64,000 nt of DNA from an uncultured Bacteroidota bacterium (GTDB lineage Bacteria > Bacteroidota > Bacteroidia > B-17B0 > Aurantibacillaceae). The notes under the pieces are model-generated. The model ran no database searches. It was given only the letters and a program-made list of their open reading frames with translations, and was not told the origin of the DNA. Positions 37,928 to 47,569 of the stretch are shown in pieces. Made by a program: the position numbers and the translations under genes. Where the stretch lies: the NCBI GenBank assembly GCA_903928655.1, contig CAIYSA010000051.1, positions 5,061 through 69,060 on the forward strand, read 5' to 3'. Numbering within the stretch: position 1 is the stretch's first letter; each line of letters opens with the position of its first letter.

Positions 37928-37957
37928 CTTTATCGCAAATGTATAATATTTTGTTTA

Positions 37958-38920
37958 TTAATCTTTATAGGTTTTAGGAACCGCTGGATCAGTAATTATT
38001 ATATAATCTCCTTGATCTTTATGCTTACTCCAATCAATGTTTGGATAAGCATCATCAGAACCTGATGAAATAATTAATGATTTTATTTTCGGATTAAAAC
38101 GCTTTAATTGAGCAACAGCCGCGAAGCCTTCATCGCTATGAAAACGGCCGTTAACTTGCATTACTTTTTTATTTACATTCTTATTCAAATATTCAAAAAC
38201 AGAAAAAGCCATTGTTGCATCCCAAAGAGATTGACCCATAATTAAATTATATGATCCCATATTCATAGGCATAGATTTCTTTGCAACTGTATCAGTCTTG
38301 GAAGTTGGATTATGGTTTGAAAGGCCCATAAGTTTGTCATAATATTTACCAGTAGCAGTATCATAAGGAAGAGGTGCAAAAAACTTTTTTGACTCTTCTG
38401 GCAATTCCATTAATGCTTTTTGTCCTTTTCTTCCAACAAGGTTAGTATATCTGCTTGGCGCATTGGCGCAAACAACATCAAGTTTATTATTCTTAGCAAA
38501 TTCTACCATCGGTTTATAATCTCTATAATTACTCCAAACACGAGCGTCTTTATTAAAGTTTTTTTCACGAATACCAAACTTAAGGTATTCATTCATTACA
38601 ACTTGAACGTCTCTATCAAACATTTCCATAGAAAGAGTTGCGCTTGTTGAATAGCTTTTATAAAGCATTTCAAAAATTGTTTTTTCTAAGAAATGGGTAA
38701 CTGAATCATTATGTTCTTCTCCATAAAAAAGGACATCATAGTTTTTCATGTCATCAATTATAGTAATAAGAGGAACTTCTTTGTTAAGTTTAACCGAATA
38801 AACCTTATAGTTTTTTTCAGTAACTTGCCCTTGTGATTGAAAACCAATACTTAAAAAAGTACCGAAAAAAATTAATCTTGTAAAATTAATTGGATTTGAT
38901 TTGTGTTTTTTAATTGACAT
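37958..38920 (-). CDS. ChaN-like (haem-binding uptake / Cofac_haem_bdg family) secreted protein
   Basis: 320 aa with a signal peptide. The block DVLFYGEEHNDSVTHFLE resembles the ChaN GE.H.N motif. Family assignment is from memory only. Confidence 0.55.
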   Translation of the reverse strand: MSIKKHKSNPINFTRLIFFGTFLSIGFQSQGQVTEKNYKVYSVKLNKEVPLITIIDDMKNYDVLFYGEEHNDSVTHFLEKTIFEMLYKSYSTSATLSMEMFDRDVQVVMNEYLKFGIREKNFNKDARVWSNYRDYKPMVEFAKNNKLDVVCANAPSRYTNLVGRKGQKALMELPEESKKFFAPLPYDTATGKYYDKLMGLSNHNPTSKTDTVAKKSMPMNMGSYNLIMGQSLWDATMAFSVFEYLNKNVNKKVMQVNGRFHSDEGFAAVAQLKRFNPKIKSLIISSGSDDAYPNIDWSKHKDQGDYIIITDPAVPKTYKD

Positions 38921-39004
38921 AGTTTTAGATTAAAGTGATTATATAAGTTACACTAAATTACATTAATAACTTATAAAAACATATTTATAATAAAACCGAA
39001 AGTA

Positions 39005-40027
39005 TTAAATCAACTTAAGTTTACTAATATTTTTGAAGGCCTGCCTTTCGATTGCGGCAATTTCATCAAGCATGTCTGCTGATTGATCATAATCTTTTTG
39101 GTCATTTAATCGGCCTTTATAAATACGGCCCATATTTATTGCACTTGCTCTCCACAAATCGCCTGCCTTAGTAAACTCATCCGATAATTTTAATAATGCA
39201 TCATTTGGAATATAGCCATATGCTTGTTCTAAAAATGCGGCATATAAAAAACGAAATCCACCGCCCCCGGTTCCAATTTCTTCTTGCATTCTAACAATTT
39301 GTCCCAAATATAAGCCAGCTTTTTTTGGCCCTAATTTATCGCGCCATTTTCGGATTTGCTTTGCGGTATAATTAATCCCATCAACACCACAAATTGGTCC
39401 TGGAATATTTAACATGTCAAATGCCGACCGTTTCATTGCTTTTTGAATTGCAATTTGAATTTTTTCTTTTGAAACTTGTTTCACGTTTTCAGGATAATAA
39501 ACATGTCCTTTTGGGGCCAATGGACCTTTTGCAAAGCGAACTTTTAACATATCTTCCTCTGTTAGAGTTGTTACAGTTTCCATAACTGGGTCGCTAACTA
39601 AATAATTGCCATTTTCTTTACCATACACCACAATATTATGTGCATTAAAATGAAATCTATATTCAGATGGAAAATATGGTAAATTATACACCCCAACTTG
39701 GCAACCAACGGGATTTCCGAGTTTTATTTGATTATCTAAATATTCGATTGCATCTTTTTCAGAATTAAATTTTCTTCGATTGACTTTGACCCCTAACAAT
39801 TTACTGGCTCTACTAAAAATCCAACCGGGCATACTTCTATAAGAAATAGCTGGCCCATTATTAATCATTAAAAAGGGAATGTGAATATAAAAAATGCCAG
39901 AACCTAAACCAAACATTAATGGTTCAGTCATAAAACCTAATCCATGATGTTTAAGTAAACCCGTGGCAACGCCGTTTTCGCAATGAGCAGTTTGAAGATG
40001 ATTATATGGCAAAAGTATTTTATCCAT
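39005..40027 (-). CDS. BtrH_N/DUF4872-like papain-fold protein (predicted Cys-His-Asp acyltransferase or peptidase)
   Basis: 340 aa. The N-terminal QTAHCENGV holds the candidate nucleophile Cys. FNAHNIVVYG...LVSDP holds the candidate His/Asp. It overlaps the upstream ORF by 8 nt (ATGGATAA). Confidence 0.65.
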   Translation of the reverse strand: MDKILLPYNHLQTAHCENGVATGLLKHHGLGFMTEPLMFGLGSGIFYIHIPFLMINNGPAISYRSMPGWIFSRASKLLGVKVNRRKFNSEKDAIEYLDNQIKLGNPVGCQVGVYNLPYFPSEYRFHFNAHNIVVYGKENGNYLVSDPVMETVTTLTEEDMLKVRFAKGPLAPKGHVYYPENVKQVSKEKIQIAIQKAMKRSAFDMLNIPGPICGVDGINYTAKQIRKWRDKLGPKKAGLYLGQIVRMQEEIGTGGGGFRFLYAAFLEQAYGYIPNDALLKLSDEFTKAGDLWRASAINMGRIYKGRLNDQKDYDQSADMLDEIAAIERQAFKNISKLKLI

Positions 40028-40418
40028 TAAAATTTTTTAATTCATTAATTGTAATTTCAAAAGCTTTTGAATAATTAAATAATTTTTTGTCATTTAACTT
40101 TTTAAAAACAGAAGGCTTAAAGTGTTGCTTTATTGTAAATTGCCAAAATCCTGTATAGGCTGCTAATATTGGTAAATCCATCAACTTTAATTCCATGTAA
40201 TAAAATATTGGACTTTTTTCTCCGTTTCTAACTAAAAGAGCGGCTTCTTTAACTCTTTCATGAATATCTTCCCAGGCATTATCGAGTGCTATTTTTTTAA
40301 CATCCCAACCAACACTTAAATCTGTTGTATATTTTCCATCAATATCTTTTACATAACAAACATCACGAGTTACGCCGTCAAGTGCAGAGGAATCCTGTGG
40401 AACGTCTTCTTTTTTCAT
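40020..40418 (-). CDS. Small hypothetical protein with a C-terminal XRE-HTH-like segment
   Basis: 132 aa. The segment LPILAAYTGFWQFTIKQHFKPSVFKKLNDKKLFNYSKAFEITINEL has the spacing of an HTH_3-type motif. It is 9 nt downstream of the KASIII-like stop. Confidence 0.5.
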   Translation of the reverse strand: MKKEDVPQDSSALDGVTRDVCYVKDIDGKYTTDLSVGWDVKKIALDNAWEDIHERVKEAALLVRNGEKSPIFYYMELKLMDLPILAAYTGFWQFTIKQHFKPSVFKKLNDKKLFNYSKAFEITINELKNFNG

Positions 40419-40427
40419 TTTAACAAA

Positions 40428-41564
40428 TTAGCAAACAGTTAGTAAACAAAAAGAATAAGAAAAACGAGCACTTTCTGGCACCATCAACATTATTTTTTGA
40501 CCTGATTTCAATTTAGTTAAATTCATTAATTCCTCTAGCATGATAAAAATAGATCCTGAACCAATATTACCAACCGAAGATAAATTTGTAAACCATTTTC
40601 CCAAAGGAATATCAATACCAGTTTTTACAAATTCTTCGTGCATTTTGCCCCTAAAAAATTCTGATGAAACATGGGGTAAAATATAATCAATGGTTGCAAC
40701 ATCTAAATTATGTTTTAATATTAACTCTTTAAGATAACGTGCACCTGTTTGCACAATTTCTCTTCCTAATAGTTTCACATCTTGTTTAAAAGCAAAAATC
40801 GACTTTTCCAACCACTCTGTAGAAGTAAATTCTTTCCATCCTTTTATCGTTCCGTTTTCATTGATATCAGCTCCGGCATACATACAGGTTGGAAGAGTAT
40901 TTGCAAAAGATTTCATTTCAACCCATTCGACTTTTAGCGAAAGGGATGATTCGCGGGGTTTATTTTCTAACAATAAAGCACCAGCACCATCAGAAAGCAT
41001 CCATCTTAAAAAATCTTTTTCAAAAGAAATGATTGGATTTTTATCCATTTCCAAAAGTCGTTCCGTTTCTTTTTCGAAGTGTTCGGCTAACATTAAAGAA
41101 GATAATTTTTCAGATCCAGTAATAATTGCATTATTGGTACTTTGTGCTAAAATAGAATTATATCCATATTTTAATGCCTGCATACTTGTGCAACAAGCTC
41201 CAGAAGGAGAAATTAATTCAACAGAACCGCAATTCAATTCGCCATGCACCATTACTGCATGCGAAGGAAGTAGATTGTCAGGAGACGTTGTGCCACAAGC
41301 TAATAACTCAATATCTGAAAGAACAAACTCACTATCCATTAATTTTTCAATAGCGAGAGCTGTCATTTTTGCATTTGAATGGGTAGAAACTCCATTTTTA
41401 TCAATTGCATAGTAACGGGTTTTAATCCCATTGTTACGTAAAGTTAATCCTTTTCCTTTTGATGGAACGCCATCAATCATTCCCAAATATAATTCCATTT
41501 CATAGTTAGAAACAGGCTCATTTGGCAAGAATTTTGAAACTTTGGTTATATAAACTTCAGACAT
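40428..41564 (-). CDS. KASIII (FabH)-like thiolase-fold enzyme with an intact Cys-His-Asn triad
   Basis: 378 aa. Candidate triad residues sit in SPSGACCTSMQAL (Cys), ILPHVSSEFF (His) and SSVGNIGSGSIF (Asn). Confidence 0.75.
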   Translation of the reverse strand: MSEVYITKVSKFLPNEPVSNYEMELYLGMIDGVPSKGKGLTLRNNGIKTRYYAIDKNGVSTHSNAKMTALAIEKLMDSEFVLSDIELLACGTTSPDNLLPSHAVMVHGELNCGSVELISPSGACCTSMQALKYGYNSILAQSTNNAIITGSEKLSSLMLAEHFEKETERLLEMDKNPIISFEKDFLRWMLSDGAGALLLENKPRESSLSLKVEWVEMKSFANTLPTCMYAGADINENGTIKGWKEFTSTEWLEKSIFAFKQDVKLLGREIVQTGARYLKELILKHNLDVATIDYILPHVSSEFFRGKMHEEFVKTGIDIPLGKWFTNLSSVGNIGSGSIFIMLEELMNLTKLKSGQKIMLMVPESARFSYSFCLLTVC

Positions 41565-41598
41565 TATTATAAACTAACACTTAATTCAATTAAATTGT

Positions 41599-42939
41599 TT
41601 AGTTGGAAATTCCAAAAAACTCATTATAACTCACTTCTTTTGAATCTAATTTACAAGAAGATTTTAATACTTCTATTACTTTTTTGCTATAAATGCCTTC
41701 AAAGATTTTTTGAGCTTCTTCACGTTTTGCTAAAATAGAATCAGCAATTTTTGCAACTTCAGTTTCATCTGGAGTTTGCCCGTAACGCGCATATTGAGAT
41801 CGAACATAATTACTTGCTTCAGCTTTAGCCTCATTAATATCAACAGTAATGTTATTTCCTTTAATGATTTTATTTTCAATTATTTTCCATTTCATTGAAG
41901 TTGCGTATGCAGGATATTCAGAATCTAATTGCTCTTTTGTTAAAGGTTTATCATTTACTGCCAATAACCAACGTTTTAAAAAGTCATCAGGTAAAGTAAT
42001 ATTTAGTTTTTCAACTAATGTTTTTTCAACACCTTCCACAAATTTTCGATCCGTATCTTGGGTAAACATTACTGCCAATTCGGACTTTATTTTATCTCTA
42101 AATTCAGTTTCAGAATTTACATTACCTGCGCCATATAACTTATCAAACAATTCTTGGTTAAGTTCAGCATCTTCCATACGAGCTATATTGCGAACCGTTA
42201 ATTGCAAATTAGAATTAAAAACTTCGGCAAGTTCTTTATCAATACCTAATGACATAGATTTATCAACTGCAGAATCGTATAAATCATTTGCATTAATAAT
42301 AAATTTAGAATCTACAGTTGCACCTGTTAATTTAGCTTTTACTTCTTCGTTTTTTAATCTATCAATTCCAATACTTGTTGCTTTAAAAATGCCTCCAGCA
42401 ACTATATTGTTTTCAGCATCTAATTCAACTATGTCAATATATAATACATCAGTTGCTGCTGCAACTTCTGGATTAGAAGGCTTACCATAATTTCGCTTTA
42501 CATCTTTCAAATATTTCTCAACTAATTCGTCATCTATCTTTACCGTATTATATATGAACGTATGTGAATTATCTAATTTTAAATCAAACTGAGGGCTTAA
42601 ACCAACTTCATAATTAAAAGTCCATTCTGTTTGTTTCTCAAAATCAATAACATTATCATTTTTTGGCATTGGATTGCCTAAAATATCAATATTATTTTCT
42701 ACTATATATGACTGTAAAGTTGAATTCAATATTTTATTAACCTCTTCAACTAAAATTCCTTTTCCGTATTGCTTTTTAATTAAACTTACTGGAACTTTTC
42801 CTGCTCTAAAACCAGGCAATGTAGCTTGTTTCTGAGCCTTTTTAATAGCGTTATCTACTTTTGCTTCATAATCTATTGGAGATAATGTAATGCTCAATTC
42901 TGCATTTAATGCGTTAATGTCTTTTTTAGAAATATTCAT
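41599..42939 (-). CDS. tig: Trigger factor
   Basis: 446 aa. The ribosome-binding loop is GFRAGKVP, with a central PPIase-like and a C-terminal chaperone arm architecture. Confidence 0.9.
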   Translation of the reverse strand: MNISKKDINALNAELSITLSPIDYEAKVDNAIKKAQKQATLPGFRAGKVPVSLIKKQYGKGILVEEVNKILNSTLQSYIVENNIDILGNPMPKNDNVIDFEKQTEWTFNYEVGLSPQFDLKLDNSHTFIYNTVKIDDELVEKYLKDVKRNYGKPSNPEVAAATDVLYIDIVELDAENNIVAGGIFKATSIGIDRLKNEEVKAKLTGATVDSKFIINANDLYDSAVDKSMSLGIDKELAEVFNSNLQLTVRNIARMEDAELNQELFDKLYGAGNVNSETEFRDKIKSELAVMFTQDTDRKFVEGVEKTLVEKLNITLPDDFLKRWLLAVNDKPLTKEQLDSEYPAYATSMKWKIIENKIIKGNNITVDINEAKAEASNYVRSQYARYGQTPDETEVAKIADSILAKREEAQKIFEGIYSKKVIEVLKSSCKLDSKEVSYNEFFGISN

Positions 42940-43139
42940 TTTACAAATTATTTAAAATTTTTATAAGGGTTGTAAAAATACAGAATTTTAAGTAAGAATC
43001 CTCAGAATTTGCGAACTTTTTAGGCAAAATCCATTCATTTGCGAACAACGTTATCTACACGAGTATTGTGAAAAACTAATTTCAATAAACAACTTTTCTA
43101 CTTAAAGTAATTTGCATCTTGTAGTTTTTATTTTAACAA

Positions 43140-44576
43140 TTGCATAAGCCAACGCATACTTTAGGATTTGTTGTTGCCACAAGTACAATACTTGCAGCAA
43201 TTAGCATAATTTTTCCAGTAAATGGGATTCGATTAACAGACTCCTTAAGTCTGAAATATCCAACATTTCAAGAATTATTTTTGGTTGAAAAAACTGCCAA
43301 AAAAGATATTTCAGGCATTTTAGCATTAGCAGCGGCCGAAGAAAAAACTGATGTTACCATTAAAAGTGATAGTACAGCTGAAACTTCAATAGATTCGATA
43401 GCTAAGCTTAATACAAGTTTACAATACAAAGATGGTGCAAAAAGCGCTTTGGCAAATTTTTTTAACTCACTTTCAAATTTATCTAATGAACCTAAAAGTA
43501 TTAGGGTTTTACACTATGGCGATTCGCAAATTGAAGGAGATAGAATAAGTGATTATTTACGATTAAAACTTCAAGCACAGTTTGGTGGAGAAGGCCCAGG
43601 ATTAATTTCTTTTATGCCAGTTGCGCCTAGCGTCATTAATAAACTTACTTGGAGTGCTGGGTGGGACAGATATACCATATTTACAGGAAAAGATAAGCGT
43701 GTTAAACATAATAACTTTGGAGCTTTGGCTCATATTACTAGATTTTCTAAATACGAAGTAATAGCAGATACAACGAATTATAAATCAGCTTGGGTTAAAG
43801 TGGTTACTAGTAAGAATGGCGGGCCAAAAGCAGCAGCATATAATAAACTTAAATTATATTATGGAGGCTCACAAACAAAAACACATATTGAATTTTATGA
43901 AAATGGGTCTTTAAATAATTCAGATTCATTATTAGTTGGCGGAAATTTTAACATTAAAGAATTTAACCTAAATCAAGCGGCAATACTTCACGAATTTAAA
44001 TTTAAAGGAAAAGATAGTCCAGATTTTTATGGTTTATCGCTTGAAGGTGGAAAAGGGGTTATGGTTGATAATATGGGTTTAAGAGGAAGCTCAGGAACTT
44101 TTTTTAATCAAATAAATTTTGGTCAGTTAAAACAATTTTATGATCACCTTAATACTAAATTAATTATTCTTCAGTTTGGAGGAAATACATTACCTTATAT
44201 TACCACACCTGAACAAACTGTGCAATTTGGCAACTATTTAAAATCTCAAATTCTAACAATAAAAAAACTAGCGCCACAAGCATCTATATTGGTTATTGGC
44301 CCGGCTGATATGAGTGTTAAAGTTGGAACAGAATATGAAACACATCCGCAGCTAGAAAACTTGCGCGATGCAATTAAAAAAACAGCTTTTGATACAAACT
44401 GTGCATTTTTTGATATGTACAATTGCATGGGTGGAAAAAACAGTATGGTTGCTTGGGTAGATTTAGGTATTGGAGCAAAAGACTATATACACTTCAGCTC
44501 GGGAGGAGCGCGTAAAATTGCAGTGCTATTATATTCATCTCTTATAAATGATTATAACACATATAACAAAAAATAA
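43140..44576 (+). CDS. SGNH/GDSL-family hydrolase or acyltransferase (membrane-anchored)
   Basis: N-terminal TM. Block I is HYGDSQIEGD, block III is QFGGNT and block V is KDYIHF (DxxH). TTG is the only in-frame start after the upstream stop. Confidence 0.75.
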   Translation: MHKPTHTLGFVVATSTILAAISIIFPVNGIRLTDSLSLKYPTFQELFLVEKTAKKDISGILALAAAEEKTDVTIKSDSTAETSIDSIAKLNTSLQYKDGAKSALANFFNSLSNLSNEPKSIRVLHYGDSQIEGDRISDYLRLKLQAQFGGEGPGLISFMPVAPSVINKLTWSAGWDRYTIFTGKDKRVKHNNFGALAHITRFSKYEVIADTTNYKSAWVKVVTSKNGGPKAAAYNKLKLYYGGSQTKTHIEFYENGSLNNSDSLLVGGNFNIKEFNLNQAAILHEFKFKGKDSPDFYGLSLEGGKGVMVDNMGLRGSSGTFFNQINFGQLKQFYDHLNTKLIILQFGGNTLPYITTPEQTVQFGNYLKSQILTIKKLAPQASILVIGPADMSVKVGTEYETHPQLENLRDAIKKTAFDTNCAFFDMYNCMGGKNSMVAWVDLGIGAKDYIHFSSGGARKIAVLLYSSLINDYNTYNKK

Positions 44577-44597
44577 ATAGAAAAGACATTTGAATTA

Positions 44598-45845
44598 ATG
44601 ATAAAAAATAGAACTAAAATAAATTTCACAATTCTTTTCATGAGCCTTTTTTCTTGTGTCTTTTTTTTAACAACCACTAAATTAAAAGCGCAGCAATATC
44701 CGTTTATTAATTACACTGCTAGTGTTTTACATTTAAGTAAAGACAGTTCACAATTTATGAACTTCTATAAAAAAATTGATGAATTAAGAGAGGGTAAACG
44801 AAAAAAAGTAACCGTTGTTCATTTCGGAGGATCACACATACAAGCTGGATTTTGGACAGAAGTACTGATGGATGGTTTTCAAAACATTGGAAATTTTAAA
44901 GGTGGCGGAACTTTTATTTTTCCTTTTAAGATTGTAAATACAAATAGTCCACATTTCTTTAAATCATTTACTACAGGTAAATGGACTCGTAAAAGAAATG
45001 CATTGTCTAAAGAAATGTGTGATAACCTTGGATTAGCTGGAATGGCAGGCATTACAAATGATAGTGCTAATTCCTTTGGATTTAAATTATTACAAAATAA
45101 TCACCATCAAACATTTAACTCTCTTCGTGTATATCATAATTTTAATCCAAGTTTTGAATTTTCTATTGCAAACCAAACAGGAACACATTTTGTGCGCAAA
45201 GATTACATTGCAAAAAGCTACACTGAATTTATTTTTGAAACCTATATTGATTCTATAAATTTTAATTTAGTTAGAAAAGATTCAATTATTCCTGATTTTA
45301 TGTTGCGTGGTTTTAGTATAGAAAACTCTAATCCAGGATTTTACTACGCATCTATAGGCGTAAATGGGGCAAGCACATCATCTTATTTAAGGTGTCAAGA
45401 ATTTGTAAATGAACTTTCTGGTATTCCACCTGATTTAGTTATTTTTTCGTTAGGCGTAAATGATACGCATGATACTAATTTTTCCAAGGAACAATTTTCT
45501 ACTAATTACGACAGCTTAATTTCCTTGATAAAAATTGCTTCTCCAAACTGTACTTTTTTATTTACAACCGTTACTGATAATTACATGAATAGAAAAACGC
45601 CAAATAAAAGGCCTATTAAGGCTCAAGAAGCCGTGTTTGAATTAATGGAAAAACATAATGCCGCCGTTTATGATTTGTATGCTGTAATGGGGGGATACAA
45701 GTCTATTTACAAATGGTACAAAGCTGGTTTGGCAGCAAAAGATAAAGTTCATTTTAATGGGAGAGGTTATACACTCTTATCAAATCTAATGTTTGACGCA
45801 ATTTACAGGAGCTATATGTATAATTCAAAAGTGAAAAATAAATAA
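44598..45845 (+). CDS. SGNH/GDSL-family hydrolase or acyltransferase (secreted)
   Basis: Signal peptide. Block I variant HFGGSHIQ, block III LGVNDT, block V KDKVHF. Confidence 0.75.
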   Translation: MIKNRTKINFTILFMSLFSCVFFLTTTKLKAQQYPFINYTASVLHLSKDSSQFMNFYKKIDELREGKRKKVTVVHFGGSHIQAGFWTEVLMDGFQNIGNFKGGGTFIFPFKIVNTNSPHFFKSFTTGKWTRKRNALSKEMCDNLGLAGMAGITNDSANSFGFKLLQNNHHQTFNSLRVYHNFNPSFEFSIANQTGTHFVRKDYIAKSYTEFIFETYIDSINFNLVRKDSIIPDFMLRGFSIENSNPGFYYASIGVNGASTSSYLRCQEFVNELSGIPPDLVIFSLGVNDTHDTNFSKEQFSTNYDSLISLIKIASPNCTFLFTTVTDNYMNRKTPNKRPIKAQEAVFELMEKHNAAVYDLYAVMGGYKSIYKWYKAGLAAKDKVHFNGRGYTLLSNLMFDAIYRSYMYNSKVKNK

Positions 45846-45888
45846 TGTATTAAGAAAAAAAGATTCGCAAATCTTTCATCTGATTAAC

Positions 45889-47556
45889 ATGCTAAATGAT
45901 ATTTTAACATATTTAAAACCTTACTTTCTTTATATAAAAGGAGAGCCAATTATTTTTACACAACTTTATTTTTGGGGATTTTTTGCAGTTGTTTTAGCAC
46001 TATATTCATTAGTTTATAAGAAAAACACACTACGTACTTTTTATTTATTACTTGTAAGCTTTTTCTTTTATTATAAAACAAGTGGGGTATTTTTAATATT
46101 GCTTCTTTTTACAATAACCAGTGATTATAATTGGGGTAGACTGATTTATAAAAGCAAATCAAATAAACAAAAAAAACTGTTTTTAACTTTTAGTTTACTG
46201 TTAAACTTAGCCCTTCTTTGTTATTTTAAATATGCTTATTTTTTTACTGAAAGTATAAATCAATTAGCAGGAACAGACATTTCATTTTTTAATTATTTTA
46301 CGCAATTTAGTAATACTTATTTGGGAACTAAGGATCCTTTAGATAAATTAATATTACCAGTTGGAGTTTCGTTTTTCACTTTCCAATCTATCTCTTACAC
46401 AATAGATATGTATAGAGGAAGAGTAACTCCTGTAAAATCTATTTTTGATTACGGCTTTTTCGTTTGCTTCTTCCCCCACTTAGTAGCCGGACCAATTGTA
46501 AAAGCTAATGAATTTTTATATCAAATTTACGAGCCCTACAATTTAAAACGGAAAGAATTTGGCTACGCCGTTTTTTGGATTTTGAATGGTTTAGGTAAAA
46601 AAATAATGGCTGATTATATTGCGCTTAATTACATTGACCGTATTTTTGATAATCCAAATTACTATTCGGGAATAGAAACTATATTTGGAATTTTTGGTTA
46701 CTCCCTTCAAATTTATGCTGACTTCAGCGGCTACACAGACATTGCCATAGGCATTGCATTATTATTAGGATACAGATTGAAAACAAATTTTAAATCACCT
46801 TACAAGGCCCAAGACGTTAGTGAGTTTTGGAAGCGTTGGCACATTTCACTTTCAACCTGGCTTAAAGATTATTTATATATTCCATTGGGAGGAAATAAAA
46901 AAGGAAGTGTTGGGTCATATATCTGTATCGCCTTTTTATCAATTGTGCTTGTGTTACTTACAGGGAAAATTTGGTTATTATTAGTGCTTTTAATTATAGC
47001 GATTATATTGGTTCTGTTAGCTTATTTTATTCCAAAAGTAAAACAGAGTATAAATACAAATATCAATTTATTAGTAACAATGCTACTAGGCGGTTTTTGG
47101 CACGGTAGTTCATGGTTATTTATTATTTGGGGTGGTTTAAATGGTTTAGGTTTAGTAATTCATAAATTGTGGCAAAACTATTCTCCTTTTAAGAACTCTA
47201 AATATTTTTTTGTTAAAGCAACCTTAGTGTTATTTACATTAAGCTTTATAAGTTTTACACGTGTTTTTTTTAGAAGTGATAGTTTAGAAACAGTTAGTTT
47301 ATTATTTGATAGACTCGCAAATCACTTTGGTGCCAATTTATTTTTTAGCGTTATAAGAGGTTATTGGGTTGTGTTTTTAGTGATACTCATTGGATATTTA
47401 ATTCATTGGATTCCAGAACGCATTAAAGTAAATTATCGACTTAAATTTGCTCAACTTCCTTTACCGATTATGAGCTTAGTTGCAATTGTTTTTATTTTCT
47501 GCATTTATCAATTAATGAGTGGAGATATGCAACCATTTATTTATTTTCAGTTTTAA
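45889..47556 (+). CDS. MBOAT family O-acyltransferase (AlgI/PatA/DltB-like)
   Basis: 555 aa and polytopic. The conserved MBOAT region is FW.RWHISLS.WL.DYLYIPLGGN, with the catalytic His in GGFWHGSSW. Confidence 0.9.
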   Translation: MLNDILTYLKPYFLYIKGEPIIFTQLYFWGFFAVVLALYSLVYKKNTLRTFYLLLVSFFFYYKTSGVFLILLLFTITSDYNWGRLIYKSKSNKQKKLFLTFSLLLNLALLCYFKYAYFFTESINQLAGTDISFFNYFTQFSNTYLGTKDPLDKLILPVGVSFFTFQSISYTIDMYRGRVTPVKSIFDYGFFVCFFPHLVAGPIVKANEFLYQIYEPYNLKRKEFGYAVFWILNGLGKKIMADYIALNYIDRIFDNPNYYSGIETIFGIFGYSLQIYADFSGYTDIAIGIALLLGYRLKTNFKSPYKAQDVSEFWKRWHISLSTWLKDYLYIPLGGNKKGSVGSYICIAFLSIVLVLLTGKIWLLLVLLIIAIILVLLAYFIPKVKQSINTNINLLVTMLLGGFWHGSSWLFIIWGGLNGLGLVIHKLWQNYSPFKNSKYFFVKATLVLFTLSFISFTRVFFRSDSLETVSLLFDRLANHFGANLFFSVIRGYWVVFLVILIGYLIHWIPERIKVNYRLKFAQLPLPIMSLVAIVFIFCIYQLMSGDMQPFIYFQF

Positions 47557-47569
47557 CACATAAACACTC

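Noticed and set aside
41849-42490. Long antisense ORFs inside real genes. These include 213 aa opposite tig, 183 aa at 40861..41412 opposite the KASIII-like gene, 124 aa at 27289..27663 opposite scoB, 107 aa at 30992..31315 opposite scoA, and 121 aa at 51217..51582 opposite bshB1. Others are at 1688..1948, 3708..3944, 6651..6896, 8859..9083, 11097..11339 and 22532..22777.
   Set aside because: Each lies entirely within a gene that has strong motif support on the other strand. Their translations are low-complexity (Ser/Phe/Leu/Asn-rich) with no motifs, and they look like typical shadow ORFs of the complementary frame.
43007-43046. The direct repeat ATTTGCGAAC occurs twice 30 bp apart in the tig / SGNH divergent spacer.
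   Set aside because: A 10-mer recurring within 50 bp is expected a few times by chance in a window this size. There is no palindromic partner or third copy. It is noted only as a weak candidate operator.
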